64,000 nucleotides of DNA from Prasinococcaceae sp. CCMP 1430 (Eukaryota; Plantae; Prasinodermophyta), in contig RQSC01000012.1 of the NCBI GenBank assembly GCA_013416795.1, positions 213,885-277,884 of the forward strand, read 5' to 3'. A program made the position numbers and the translations under genes. Below, in pieces: positions 1 to 11,883 of this stretch. Below the pieces are notes generated by a model that was not told the origin of the DNA, made no database searches, and was given only the letters and a program-made list of their open reading frames with translations. Numbering within the stretch: the stretch's first letter is position 1; each line of letters starts with the position of its first letter.

Positions 1-439
1 GCGCCGCGCGCCGGCGCGGGGTCCCGCGGCGCGCGCGCAAAGTGGCGCCGCTCACCCCGAAATATTCCCAGAAAAAACGTGCGGCCGACGGCGCGGTCCC
101 CTACGCCGCCGCCACCGCACCCACCGCCGCCCCCACGCGGGGGGGCTGTGGTCACGGCAGGCGAGCCGCCGTGTTCCTCAGCCTCGCGCCGAGCGCAGCT
201 GCGTTCGACGGTGGGTGGCAGGTACAGGTGGGGGGATGGGCCACGGGCGCGCTGTGCGGCACCGCGCCTGCGCGCGCGCCAGGAGTATCACTCCGCTCGC
301 TGAAAAAAAGATTGCCGCAGCATCGAAGTACCCTTTCGAGAATGGAGATGTGTGAGCGCATTTTTGCGAGCGCGCGTCGCTGCGCCACACAGCGCGGGGG
401 CGGTCCTGCGCGTACGTGACAGCGAGCACGGCGGACGCC

Positions 440-2239
440 ATGGATGAGGGCGCGAACGGAGCGGCCGCGGACACATCCGGCAGCCCCGCCGGAGCGGCCG
501 AGCGCGCGCGCACCTCCGGCACGGGCGCCGCTGCCGCGCCGGCTGCGGCGGCGGCGCCGCCGCTGACGCCGCTGAGCACATTCAACTCAGCGCAAGATTC
601 CGTGCGGCGCGGGGCGTCCCGCGCGGCGTCGGCCGCAGCGGCAGCGGCAGCCAAGGTCTTCGGCCGCACCCCCAGATGGGGCGACACCCTTGAGCGCACG
701 AGCTCGTACCGCGCGTGGGCGCAAAAAAACAAGCGCCGCTTGGGAGTTGCTGTCACCCCGTTCAGGTGCTGCAAAGAGGGAGCAGAAGGCTGTGCGGGCA
801 GCTGCGTGCGCGGCATGCGGCATTGCGCGCCGATGGCGCTGGGCGACGCGGGCCTCAAGCTCCATGCAGCCGACGCATGCACGTCTTGCCCTCCGCGTGT
901 GGTGTGCCTGTTCGCCTGCACGATGGCGTTTGTGGTCTACTACTTCTCCGAGAAGGGGTGGGTTCAGGACGCTGTCGAAGTGCCTGCGGGGGCGGACCCC
1001 GACGACGTGGACACCGCCACGCTCAAAGAGCGCCGCAGCCGGCGCTCTGCTCGAGCTGCCGCCCAGCAACGCTCAGTGCAGCAGTCCAAGTCGTTCCGCG
1101 CGGCCGCCTCCACGGTCTCGACAGCCGCTTCGGAGAGCTCGAGCGCGGTACGCTCGGCGGGTGAGGCCCTATGCGAGCGGAAGCGCGTGCGTTGCTTCAT
1201 GTGCGGCTTCCGCCAAAACTCGGTCGTCAACGACATGGTGAATCGCGTGCTCCCGCTTATCAGAGTCCAGCCTTCCGACTACCTGTACTACGTCCATACG
1301 GTCGAGAACATGCGAGAGACTATCGACACCAACGCACTGGTGCTGCATAACCCGAGCCTGAAGCGCGTTATCGTGTCGTTCCGTGGCACCAGCAGCGCCG
1401 CCAACCTGCGCACGGATCTGTCGTGCCTCAAGGCGGGCGCCGACAATGCCGAGGGCACGAAAGGGCCACGTATCCATGAGGGCTTCCACGAAGCATATTA
1501 CAGAGGGGGCGTCGCCTTCGAGCTGGAGTCGATGCTCGCGGACATCGCCATCACTGAGCCTGACACCGAGATCTATCTCACGGGGCACTCGCTTGGCGGG
1601 GCGCTCGCGACCATCCTGGCGTGGCGGCTGGCACGGCTCGCGCTGGTGCCTGAAAGCGTACACATTCATGTCCTCACATTCGGAGCCCCAAGGGTGGGCG
1701 ACTTCTCGTTCGCGCGCCTTTTTGACCAATTGCCGACAGTGCGGTGCTGGCGGTTCGTCAACGGCCACGACATCGTCCCGCGTCTGCCCATGATCAACTA
1801 TTCCCACGCAGGGCACTTGGTGTGGTTGTACCATGGCGAAGCTAAGATTTATCCGTCCGGCCAGTACGCGCCGTGGCACCACACCTGCCTGTGCCTGAAT
1901 TGCGACGTCGCGGCGCACACCGTGGCCAGGCAGAACAAGCCACCGGGGGCGTTCGAATCGTGCGTACGAGGCGCTGCGGCCTTTCTGGAAGCTGGCAACA
2001 CGGAGGCGGGGGATGACGACACCGACGAAGGCGCCGACGTCAATGCCGGCTTCCACGGCTACCTGTACGCCATCTACCAGGCGCAGGGCTGGCCTGAGGC
2101 CAAACTCTGGGGCGGACCAAGCAGCGACGAGTTCACGGGTGTCAAGGACTGCAGCCGCCTCCTCGACGACGAGAGAGCAGCGCCGGCGCAAGAGCCGCCT
2201 CCTCGACGTCCGGGCGGGGACGACTGCGGATGCGGCTGA
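440..2239 (+). CDS. Class 3 lipase (triacylglycerol/DAG lipase-like)
   Basis: IVSFRGTSS, IHEGFHEAY, nucleophile elbow LTGHSLGGALA, TFGAPRVGD, RFVNGHDIVPRLP. First ATG at 440; upstream exons cannot be excluded. Confidence 0.88.
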   Translation: MDEGANGAAADTSGSPAGAAERARTSGTGAAAAPAAAAAPPLTPLSTFNSAQDSVRRGASRAASAAAAAAAKVFGRTPRWGDTLERTSSYRAWAQKNKRRLGVAVTPFRCCKEGAEGCAGSCVRGMRHCAPMALGDAGLKLHAADACTSCPPRVVCLFACTMAFVVYYFSEKGWVQDAVEVPAGADPDDVDTATLKERRSRRSARAAAQQRSVQQSKSFRAAASTVSTAASESSSAVRSAGEALCERKRVRCFMCGFRQNSVVNDMVNRVLPLIRVQPSDYLYYVHTVENMRETIDTNALVLHNPSLKRVIVSFRGTSSAANLRTDLSCLKAGADNAEGTKGPRIHEGFHEAYYRGGVAFELESMLADIAITEPDTEIYLTGHSLGGALATILAWRLARLALVPESVHIHVLTFGAPRVGDFSFARLFDQLPTVRCWRFVNGHDIVPRLPMINYSHAGHLVWLYHGEAKIYPSGQYAPWHHTCLCLNCDVAAHTVARQNKPPGAFESCVRGAAAFLEAGNTEAGDDDTDEGADVNAGFHGYLYAIYQAQGWPEAKLWGGPSSDEFTGVKDCSRLLDDERAAPAQEPPPRRPGGDDCGCG

Positions 2240-2275
2240 CTCCGGCGACGCACTGTGCATAAGACAGTCGAGCGT

Positions 2276-4810
2276 TCAGCTGTTGTGGAGCAAGCGCTCG
2301 GTGTTTCGCTCCGCGCAGCGCTCGCGAAAGGTAGCAAGCATGGCGCGAAAGTCCAGGCCTGACGCGCCAGCCCGCCCGCCTCCGCCTCCGCTGCCCTGCC
2401 CTTCCACTTCGCCCCCGTCGCCGCCATCCGCGTCGATGGCGAGGAAGGTGGCCGGCGGCACGCTGGCGAGCCTCGCACTGAGCGTGCGAAAGGCAGTACT
2501 CTGCGGCAGGAGGCACAGCAGGCCATAAAGCGTGCGCAGCAAGCTTGGGTGCTTTCGCGGCTCCATGAGGCGCATGCGCAGGAAGGCGAACACGGGGCTC
2601 TCGAGGAGCTGCACCAGGCGGTCCATCTGCACGAGCGTCTCAACGTCGCACTCGGCGTCGGCGATTGCCCCTACGAGCGCCGCCGCGTGGTCATAGGCCT
2701 CCGCGAGCAGGCACAGACTCACAGTTGCTACCGGCGAGTAGCACCAGCTGGGATACAGTGCCGCCAGCAACGCGCGCCCGTGCGCGTGCCCTGGGCCGTC
2801 GCCCTCGCCCCCGTTCGCGCCTGCTGTGCCCGCCGCCGCGCTGCCTTCCATGTCCACGGCGCAGGCGCTCTTGAGCACGGAGCGCAGGTCGCGCGTTTCG
2901 TCTGCGGTGAGCAAGATGAGATTGAGCGCCTGCGCCATGACCGAGCAGAAGGACAGCGGAAACGCCTCATCGCTGCTCTCGCCGCCGTGTGCCGCAGGCG
3001 CCTGCGCCTGCTCGCTGCCGCCACCGCGGTGCGTCGGCGCGCCGCTACCACCCACATTGGAGGCATGAGTCAACCGCGCAGAGAACCCGACAAAAACCTG
3101 CTCGGCACCCAACACCGCGCTCAGCTGGCGGATGAGCGTCGCTCCGCGCGAGGTGAGCAGTTCGGAGCGCGCATGAAACTCGGCGAGAAGCGCCGACACG
3201 AGCCACGAGAAGTGCCCCTCGTCGTCTGCCACGAGTGCGAGCAGGTGCAAAGCCGACACCGCCACAGCCTCAGACGGATCGTGCAAGCACTCGAGGATGT
3301 CGCGCGCCAGCGGGCGATGGTACGGCTCGCCCTCCTCTGCATCATCGCCTGGCGAGTGCCCCAGCCTGGCGCCAGAGGACGTCACCGCTGACACCGGTGA
3401 GGTTCCAGTCGTCCCCGTGCCAGATGAAGCGCGCACATCCGCCCTTTGCTCCTGAGTCGCGGTCGATGCCTCAGCCGCACCCGACGTGACCTCATCACTG
3501 TCGCAATCGAGTATGGCGAGCACCGACTCTCGCTCACGCGTGAGGATGGAGCTGCACCACTCAAGAGCCGCAAGCTTGGTCGCCTCAAAAGGGGAGCGCG
3601 TCTGTGCCTGCACAGAGCGCACCACCTCCCGAATGGGCATGCCCTCGCTGTGCAGCTCGAGTAGCGCCGCGTTTGTCTCGAGCGCTATGTTTCGGATGCG
3701 CTCCTCCTGCGCGGCGAGCGCTGGCAGCACCTGTGACAGCAGCGGGGCCAGATGCGGATGCAACTGCTCGCGAGCGAGCCCAACGAACTCGTACATCCAG
3801 GTCAAGACCGTCAGGCGCGTGAACTCGTCGGGGCTGTCCGCACGCGCCACCAGAATCTCCGCCATGCGGCCGTAGGGGCGCTCCCCCCGCGCCGTGCGCA
3901 CCTCCGCGAGAAACTCGCTAAGTGCGGCGTCGGCCTGTTGGCGGATCTCCCTGTTAGCATCGCTGAGCATGTTAAGCAAGCCGTCGAGGAACTCGGGAAG
4001 GAACTCGAGCATATCGATGTCGGGCGCGCTGTCCAGCACGGTGATCCAGCCAACCAACAACTGCCGCACGAACGGATTGGCAACCTGCAGGCGCTCGCGC
4101 AGCAGCGGGATGAAGGCGTCGACCTCGAAGTCTTCCGAATCGGTCACAATGTCCTTGACCAGGCGGTCGAGCAGGTGCGCAGCGTTCTGCACGTTGGCGT
4201 CAGTGTCCGCCGACAGCCGGCAGAGTGCGTCGAAGACGCCCGCGAAGTGACTCGTCACTGCCGGGTGGCAAAGCTTCGCCACGTTGTAGAGCGCCTCGCA
4301 CGCATAGTAGCGCACGCGCGAGTCGGCGTCGTCAAACGAGTGCAGGATGGGTGGCACAATGACCGACAGGTACGGATCCGTGTGGGGCGCAAGCGCCACG
4401 GTCGCCGCCGCGAGGCCCAGCAGGCCGCCCTTGCGGCTGTTCGACAGCGGGCTCGTCGCGAACTCTGTGCCGGCGAGCGTGCCGATGAAGCCGCGCACAC
4501 GCCCCTCTTCACCCGCGGCCGCCGCGGCTAGCGGAGCGCGTTTCGGCGGCGCGGCGTCAGCGCTGCACTCCAGAGTTGGTACAAGCAGCGCTCGCCGCTT
4601 GCAGCGCGCCGCCGCGCGGGCGGTCGCTGCGCCTTCCCCTCACCCTTCACGAGCGCCTCGATCTCGAGCGCGGCTGCCTTGCGCCGGTCGTACAGCTTGT
4701 CGCTCAGCCCGCGCGCGACCGAGTGCGGCAGCGCGACCAGCTCCGCCGACTGCGCTGGCGCGAGCGCAGCTGGCGCCGCCGCCGCGCCCGCCGCCAGCAC
4801 CGAGCACGCC
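2276..4810 (-). CDS. VAC14: VAC14 scaffold of the PIKfyve/FAB1 complex (HEAT repeats + Fig4-binding C-terminus); intron 4528-4643; start codon unresolved
   Basis: Exon 1 LSDKLYDRRKAAALEIE; exon 2 RKGGLLGLAA, SRVRYYACEALYNVAK, LLDRLVKDIV, SWCYSPVATVSLCLLA, MDRLVQLLESPVFAFLR. The GTGAGG..CTGAC..TAG intron joins the two in frame. Confidence 0.93.
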
Positions 4811-5250
4811 GCAACGCGAAATGTTGCTGTCGCATTACGCGCACGCCTGCGCGGCGGCCGCGCGCTCTGGCGCCCCCGCGCGCGCCTGCTGCGTGCGAGC
4901 GCTCCCGCTGTTTGCGCTGCGGGTGCAGATGCGCTTTGATACCGCTCGAAGGGCGCGCGTTCGACCGGGGGTTCAGGTTTTGGGCACCTCGAGCGCCGCG
5001 TCGAATTTCCATAACCGTCGGCACAACGCACCAGCTCCCAGCTTCGTCGGAGGCTCGTGTTAAGGGTTTTTAATGACGGACGCGAGAGTGCCCACATCAA
5101 AATGATCCAAAGTGAAACTCCCGCAGAGGATAGGGTTTGCAACGCACTCAGAGCCGGATGGTGTGCTGGTGCCTTTTCGTCGTGCATTGGAGTTCGACCT
5201 GCGGCATTTCGAACAGCGCCGCCCGTCGCGCGGCCCACGCGTGCGCGCCA

Positions 5251-5297
<47 letters not shown>
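5251..5297. repeat. Poly-G homopolymer (47 G)
   Basis: Direct reading of the sequence. Confidence 0.95.
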
Positions 5298-5298
<1 letters not shown>

Positions 5299-5451
5299 GC
5301 TGGGGGTCGGGCGAGGAGGGGAGCGGCGGTGGTGGCGGCGAGGGCCTGGGTGTCCATGGGCGCCGCTGTGTGCCGTTGCCACACCGGGGCGTCGGGTGTG
5401 GATGGGGTTGGCGGGTGGCGAGGAGATACGCGGGGCCAGGGCCGCCGCGCC

Positions 5452-6519
5452 ATGGCGGCGGGGCTGCGGATGGACGACCTGCGCGCTCTGGTGGATGCGA
5501 CGCCGGGAGGCAGGCGCGGCGGCGGCGGCGGCGAAAGGCGAAAGGGGGCGGCGCGCTCGAGTTCGGACGCGCTGGAGCGCGTGTACGAACGGTTCGGAGG
5601 CGGGCAGGGCGCGACGCCTGCAGGGCGCCGCGCCGCGCAGCGTGTGGAAGGCGACGCAGCCCGGCGAGCGCGAGCGGCGGCTGCGGAGCGAGCAGCCTTG
5701 CTCGCTCGCAGCCGCCCGCTCGCTCGCTCGCCGACGCGCTCTCAGAGAGGCAGCACGGCGGAGACGTCGCAGCCTCTGGGAGAGCCGACGCGCCGAAAAG
5801 TCGCCGTTCGGAGCGCGTCGCCGCCGCGACGAGCCGTCGGACGCACGCTCACTCCAAAGAAACCGTCGCCCTCGAAGCACCCCTCGCACCATGCGGGGCA
5901 GCAGCCCGTGCTGAGCCCAATGCAGGCGCTGACTCACCTGCCCAAGGCCCAGCGGCTACGTGTTGCTGACGCTGGCGTGGTGTGGGACCACAGGCGCGCC
6001 ATGTTCGTCGATTCTACGCACGCCGCCGCTGTCAACGTCCTCGCTATGAACAATGCGGTTTATGCGCAGGCTGCTTCGCGGGACGCGGCCGGCACCGGCG
6101 AGGAGGAGGACGACGCAGTGAGCGCGGAAAGCGAACGCAACGGCACCAGCCCAGTGGGCGGATCGCTCGCGGCGCGCTTCGTGGCGCTCCGCAATGAATA
6201 CAGCGAATTACAGGCCAAGCACATAGCCGCGCACGCACGCATTGCTGAGCTCAATCAGCGAGCGGTCAACGCGGAAAGCGCACAGGTCAAGGCGGAAGCC
6301 AAGCTCACCGACCTCGAGGAGCGCATGAAAGTGCTATGCGCGCGCAACACGGCCCTCGAAAGGGAGGTCTCCGCCGCCCGCGCGGACGCCGACGCGCAGC
6401 GCAGCGAGGCGCAGATGAAGGAGGAGGAGTGCGAGCTCATGTCGGCCATCATCAAGCAAATCGCCGACGATGACGGTGCGGTGAGCCCGTGCGACGAGGA
6501 GCGCGCTGGCCTCGGCTGA
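5452..6519 (+). CDS. Hypothetical protein with Ser/Pro-rich middle and C-terminal coiled coil
   Basis: ATG in gccATGg context; heptad-rich LRNEYSELQAKHIAAHARIAELNQRAVNAE...LEERMKVL region. Confidence 0.65.
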   Translation: MAAGLRMDDLRALVDATPGGRRGGGGGERRKGAARSSSDALERVYERFGGGQGATPAGRRAAQRVEGDAARRARAAAAERAALLARSRPLARSPTRSQRGSTAETSQPLGEPTRRKVAVRSASPPRRAVGRTLTPKKPSPSKHPSHHAGQQPVLSPMQALTHLPKAQRLRVADAGVVWDHRRAMFVDSTHAAAVNVLAMNNAVYAQAASRDAAGTGEEEDDAVSAESERNGTSPVGGSLAARFVALRNEYSELQAKHIAAHARIAELNQRAVNAESAQVKAEAKLTDLEERMKVLCARNTALEREVSAARADADAQRSEAQMKEEECELMSAIIKQIADDDGAVSPCDEERAGLG

Positions 6520-6875
6520 TGAGGTGGACTAAGACTTGTAAACCCGTATCACATGGCAAAGAACGGAGTGGGAGTGCGCGCTCGCCGCTCGGGGAACGCC
6601 TCGTGCGCACTCAACAGTTGCGCGCGCGGGCCGGCGGTACCGGAACTGCACTCTCGCCAACTTTTCAAGCCGGGCGACGGCAGAGGCTGCGGCGCCACAG
6701 CGCACGCTTGCGACCGACAGCAGGCGGCGTGGGGACTCGGAGGGTGGGGTGGGGGGGTGGGGGTTCTAGGGCCACTAGCGCCGGCGCCGGATCAGGGGGC
6801 GAGGCGCCTCACAAGCGCGCCCGACGCGCTGGCGGTTTGCCGTCAGCGGCGCACACGACGAAACGGCAGCGATCG

Positions 6876-9063
6876 ATGGGGCGCACTTGGCTGCTGCGCG
6901 GCACGGCGGCGTGCTTTGCGGCAGCGTTCGTATCGCTCGCTGTGCAGGTGCGAGGGCTCTACGGACCTGATGGTATTTATCCCGCTGCATCCGTCGTGCG
7001 CGCGGTGCAGGATGGCATGCCGGATGCGACGCTCGTCGATGTGCTGAGGGAGGCGCCGTCCGTCGTCTGGGCGCACCGCCTTCTCGGGGTCGACGCTGCG
7101 TCGATGCTGCTGCTTGTGTGTTTCGCAGGTGCCGCGGTGTCCTGCATTGCGATGACAGCACCCAACGCGCCCGCTTTCGCGTTGTCGTGGGTGCTGTATG
7201 CGTCGCTCCTTCCCTTCGGCGGCGTCTTCCTTTCGTTCCAGTGGGACGTGCTGCTTCTGGAGGCGGGTGCGATCTGCGTGTTGGCGGCACCGCTCTTGCC
7301 TCAGCCAGAGTCGGCCAGGGCGTTGCCGCACGCGCAGTCGCCGCTCCCGCTTTGGGCGGCGCGGGTGCTGCTGTTCAAGCTCATGCTGCTTTCGGGGGTC
7401 GTGAAGGTGCAATCGGGATGCCTCACGTGGACAAACCTCGTCGCGACAACGTGCGTGCCGTCCGTGCGTTGGCACGTGCGCACGCGTGCTCTTGTAGCTC
7501 TTCGCATCGCTGCTCTGACACGCGCCTGTCCCCTTTCCCATCCACCTCGGGTACCGCACCGCGCCGCACAGGTACCATTTTGCGACCCAGTGCATCCCAA
7601 CGCCGCTCGCTCGCGCAGCGCACCACGCTCCCCTCTTCCTGCACAAGTTGGCAGTGGCAGGCACGCTCTTCCTCGAAGGGCCAGCGGCTTTCTTCCTCGT
7701 CGTGCCTCACGCCGGTGTGCGTGCCGCGGCCGCGTGGGCACAGATTGTGTTTCAGCTGAGCATATTGCTGACGGGCAACTACACCTTCTTCAACTGGCTC
7801 ACCATAGCGCTCGCCGGGGCGTGCCTGGGCGACAGCCGTGGCGCCGGCGCGCCTCGCCTCAGGCATGGCGAGGGCGGCGGGAGGTGGAAGCATGCGCTCG
7901 ATGCCTGCGCGTACGCATGCACTCTGGCGGCACTCGCAGCTTCAGCGGCGTGGATGTTTGAGCTCCGCGCCGGGGGTGCTCGTGGCGCGGCCGCCAAGCC
8001 CGACCCGCTCTCGCGCCACGTTGAGCTCCGCATGCGCGAGGGCGACATGCAGATCGCGCTTGACACGGCGCTTCCGCTGGCAACGCTGCTACTGTGGGCG
8101 CTCGTGCTGCCGGCTGCCGAGCTCGCCAGGCTGCTAGGCGCCCTCAAAGAGCACCGCCGTCGCGGAGGTGGCGTACCGGGCGTGATCGTGCGCGTCGCGC
8201 GCTCCATGGGCGCGCTCGTGGTGGCGTGGCTGCTCTTTGTGTCGTCGAGTCTGCCACTGCTGCAATCCAGCACGGCGCCCATCCCCTTTTGGGCGCTGCC
8301 GCCGTTGCCGACGGGCATGGGGCTGTCACATAGGGAGATAGCGCAGCGCGGTCGCTGGGCGCATCTCACCAGCGGCTACGGTCTCTTCCGCAGAATGACA
8401 GGCGTCGGGAGGGACAGCACTGTCGCTCGACCAGAGGTGGTGTTCGAGGTCTCGAATCATGGCGGACAGCATTGGCGCGAGCTTCATTTCAGATACAAAC
8501 CCGGGGACGTGAGGAGGGCGCCGCCATGGGTGGCTCCTCATCAGCCTCGTCTCGACTGGCAAATGTGGTTTGCGGCGCTGGGCACGTACAGTCACAATGG
8601 TTGGCTCGTTGCGCTCGCATACCGCTTGTTAGAGGGCTCAGACGACGTCTACGCCCTGCTGGACGCGCGCGCGAACGAGGGTATCGCCAGTGCCGCCAAC
8701 CCGCCGCAGCGCCTCAGGGCGACGAGGTACATCTACGACTTCGCCGCTGCGGACGCGCCAGCAGGCGTGTGGTGGAATCGCACGCGCGAGGGCGAGTATC
8801 TGCCAGAGTTGAGCCTCGACAACCCTTCGCTCCTGCGCATGGCTGAGCAGAACGGGCTGCTGCTCGGTGCCGGGTACGACTGCACCTCGCCGATGTGCGC
8901 ACTGGCGGCGGCGCCGGCCGAGGGCGCCTCCGCCGCGGCGTGTGCGCTCGGCGCCTTCGCGGGTGTCGCCGTGCTGCGCGCGACCAGCGCCCTTCGGCGG
9001 CGGGAAGGACGTCTTGGGGTGAGCGACGACGCAAGCAGCGGCAAACGTCTCAAGGACGACTAG
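6876..9063 (+). CDS. LMF2: Lipase maturation factor (LMF2-like); intron 7451-7571
   Basis: QVRGLYGPDGIYPA, FLSFQWDVLLLEAG, LFKLMLLSGVVKV, spliced T|YHFATQCIPTP, TGNYTFFN, SGYGLFRRMTG, YKPGD..APHQPRLDWQMWFAALG. Confidence 0.92.
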
Positions 9064-9083
9064 CTAATGCATTTCTTTTTTAA

Positions 9084-9837
9084 TCACGAATCGCTCGCGC
9101 CAATATCGGCCATGGCCGCCATGTGCTCCACCATGAGGCACGCGTCCTGGACGACGTCAATGCCTGCGAGAGATGCGAGCGGGAGGTTGAAGGTAGCGCC
9201 GCGAGCGAAAATGTCAGCATCCAGCGATGCAAACGGCCGCGCACGAGAGGGACTGGGCGAGAGCGTGCGCGCTCGACGCAGGGCAAGTGTGCGCGCGTGC
9301 GCTACCTTCCTCCGTGAGCCGCGCGGCGAACCGGTCGTTGCGGATTCCAGACTGCAACCAGACTGTATGCGGGCGCTCGTCCATCGCTAGAATGTCCTCG
9401 AGGTGCCCGTCGCAGTCCTCAGCCCTCCGGAACACGTCCAAGACGTCCACCCTCGGGGCAGGGATGGCGCGTAGCTGCCGAACCACCGACTTGCCAAGGA
9501 TCTCCGTCACCTTCGGATAGTAAGTGGGACACGGGACCACGTCCACGCCCGCCGCATCGAGATACTTCGCGACATAGTGTGCGGGCTGGTTGGCGCGGTC
9601 CTCCTGCAACAGACGCGCTCGCGCGTCAGCATCGCTTGCGGAGGCGTCGACCGACGCGTGAGCTGTGGGTGCGCTGCACTCGGACAGCGCGGACACCGTG
9701 GGATCGCGGCGGCGCCGAGCGGCACTCACAGGCTTGATTCCCAACACGGCCACACGGCGTGCCGCGCGGGCGACGGCGCGAATCTCGCGAACGTCCGTGA
9801 GCACGCGCCCCGCGCTGGCAGCAGCGGCCGCCGCCAT
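9084..9837 (-). CDS. CoA-binding domain protein (YccU-like); introns 9604-9729 and 9164-9305
   Basis: VAVLGIKP|EDRANQPAHYVAKYL, VDVLDVFRR, VWLQSGI; the spliced last exon G|IDVVQDACLMVEH matches the family C-terminus. Confidence 0.88.
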
Positions 9838-9920
9838 GCTTCGCCCGGCCCGAGCGCAAGCGCTGTGGCGTTGCTGTAACGGGTCCCGTGTGCAGGTGCA
9901 GCTGAGCAAGCGCGAGCTCC

Positions 9921-9941
9921 AAACCCTAAAACTAACCCTAA
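9921..9941 (+). promoter_or_regulatory. Tandem telo-box-like motifs (AAACCCTAAA ACTAACCCTAA) upstream of the CoA-binding gene
   Basis: AAACCCTA consensus in an AT-richer intergenic patch; similar motifs recur in other intergenic regions of the window. Confidence 0.5.
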
Positions 9942-10162
9942 TGGTACGAAGCTCGTTCTACGCGAAGCCGCGACGCTGAGATGGGCCCCACAGAGCGAGG
10001 GGCTTCACGCCCTGGTACCCATTGCGCGGACGGCCTCGCCCTTAGCTACCCACCCCAAGTATGTGGGCGCACGCGCCCCGCGCTCGCATGCGCGCGACCT
10101 CTCGCGTGCGTGCATGTGCAGTCATTACGCCAGGACGCGGTGAGCATTAATGTTGATCCAGC

Positions 10163-11173
10163 TTACCAGCCGAGCAGGTGCTCCTGCACCTTGCCCCAGA
10201 AGGAGTGATCTGGCTGCGGCAGCGCGTGCTTGGCGGACGAGCCCATGTAGTAGGGCCGGGCGGCCGTCGCGTCTGCCGCGCCGCGCCGCGCTGCACCGGC
10301 GGAGGCCATCGCGATCCCGGCGCCGCCGCCCTCGACCTCCACGCGCTGGTTCTGCTCGAGCGGGCGCACGCCGACCATCAGACCACGCCGTACCTCCACC
10401 CCGTTCTTGGTGAGTGCGTCCTGTGCCTCGTGTGCCGTCTTGAAGAGCGCGTGCGCCCAGTTAGCGCGCCCGGCGGGCGGCACCCAGCGGATCACGTCGC
10501 CGCACGACTCGAGCGCGCGCAGCACCGAGTTGGTGTCCTCAGTCGCGAACCCGAACACCGTCACCCACGCCGAGCCGTCCGCCTCGGGTGTCACCCTCAT
10601 CACGCCGGCGCCAACGCCCGCTGCGCCCGCGGCGGGTGTTGTGGCGATCTGCGGGTGCTGCGGCGCGGCGGCGGTCGGGGTCGTCGCCATGGGAGAAGGA
10701 CCTCCGCCGCCCGGGGTCGCGTCGCGCTGCGGGGAGAAGAGCGACATGGGGGCGGGTCGCTGCGCCGCGGCGCCGCTGCCACCAGGCGGCGACGACACTT
10801 GTCGCGTGAGGTTGAGCGCGCGCATCGGCGACACCGCCGTCGGCCGCGGCGCCGGCGAGAATGCGGGGTTGCCGTACATCTGCTGCTGTTGCTGCTGCTG
10901 TGATGGCTGCGTGGCGTGGAACGCGCCTGAGCCGCCGCTGAACACGGAATTCATCGGCGGTGGCATGATGGGTGTGTCGCCCGCGCCAAGGCCTGGCGAG
11001 TAGTGCGCGCCGCGCATGGGCGGCGCTCCAGAGCGCAGAGGATCGATCCCCACCGCGGCGCGCCCACTGCGCGCGCTCCCGCCACCCGGTGTCGCGCTCC
11101 CGGGGGCAGGCACCAGTGCGCCCGCGCCATACCCTGCCGCCGCGCCGCGCCGCGCGGGCGACGGCGTGAACAT
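10163..11173 (-). CDS. NUP35: Nucleoporin Nup35/Nup53 (MPPN RRM-like domain)
   Basis: PPPMNSV N-terminal motif, WVTVFGF..VLRALESCGDV, NWAHALF..AQDALTKNG, MVGVRP, amphipathic end FWGKVQEHLLGW. Confidence 0.9.
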   Translation of the reverse strand: MFTPSPARRGAAAGYGAGALVPAPGSATPGGGSARSGRAAVGIDPLRSGAPPMRGAHYSPGLGAGDTPIMPPPMNSVFSGGSGAFHATQPSQQQQQQQMYGNPAFSPAPRPTAVSPMRALNLTRQVSSPPGGSGAAAQRPAPMSLFSPQRDATPGGGGPSPMATTPTAAAPQHPQIATTPAAGAAGVGAGVMRVTPEADGSAWVTVFGFATEDTNSVLRALESCGDVIRWVPPAGRANWAHALFKTAHEAQDALTKNGVEVRRGLMVGVRPLEQNQRVEVEGGGAGIAMASAGAARRGAADATAARPYYMGSSAKHALPQPDHSFWGKVQEHLLGW

Positions 11174-11581
11174 GCCGCTGCCTGCGAGCACTCCTCCCCC
11201 ACCGCACCGCAGCTCACCCACCGCGCGCCCGCACGCGCAGCGTGTGTGGCCGGGCGCGCCGGCGGCCGCTCCCCCGTTCAAAAAAGAAAAAGAAAAACAC
11301 CCCCAAAAACCCTCTCGGAAAGAAAAAAAAATGGCACCGGCGGGCGCCAGCGCGAAATGTTCGACGGACCGGGATATGGTTGGGTTCGCACGCTCGGCGT
11401 TTTCGCGCTCTGGCCCGCGAAAACGAGAACTCTTGTGGTACGTTTTTTTTTTGAGGGGCATCTTGCGGCCCCAGCAGGCGGCTCTGGCTCTTCCGTCTCG
11501 GCTCTCGCCGCCTGCTCCCCTTGGGCCTTGGCGTCCCCGCGGCAGCACGGCGGTGGCACAGCGCGCGCGCCCCTCTCGGGG

Positions 11582-11582
<1 letters not shown>

Positions 11583-11609
<27 letters not shown>
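11583..11609. repeat. Poly-G homopolymer (27 G)
   Basis: Direct reading of the sequence. Confidence 0.95.
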
Positions 11610-11612
<3 letters not shown>

Positions 11613-11883
11613 AGGGGAGGGCGCGAGCTTGCCGCGCGTGGTGGCTGGGCGATCTGCGAGGCCGCTCGCGGGCGCGACGGGCGCGGGTGGAGGGAACGCC
11701 TCGCTTCATTTTTTTCGTGTGGTGCCGAGACGGTCGCGCTGCGCTCTCGTGCGTGTGGCACGCAGGCGCGGCGCGGGGAGGGGCGTGAGCAGCGAGGGCG
11801 AAAGGGTCGCGCTGCGTGAGCGGCGGACCAAGGTAGCGGTGCGCCATCCCGTGGCACCTGTGGAAGTCGGACTGCCGTGATCA

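Noticed and set aside
5251-5297. Poly-G tracts (also 11583-11609) as functional G-quadruplexes or poly-Gly/Pro coding sequence
   Set aside because: Homopolymer length is unreliable in assemblies, and both tracts lie outside the supported CDSs.
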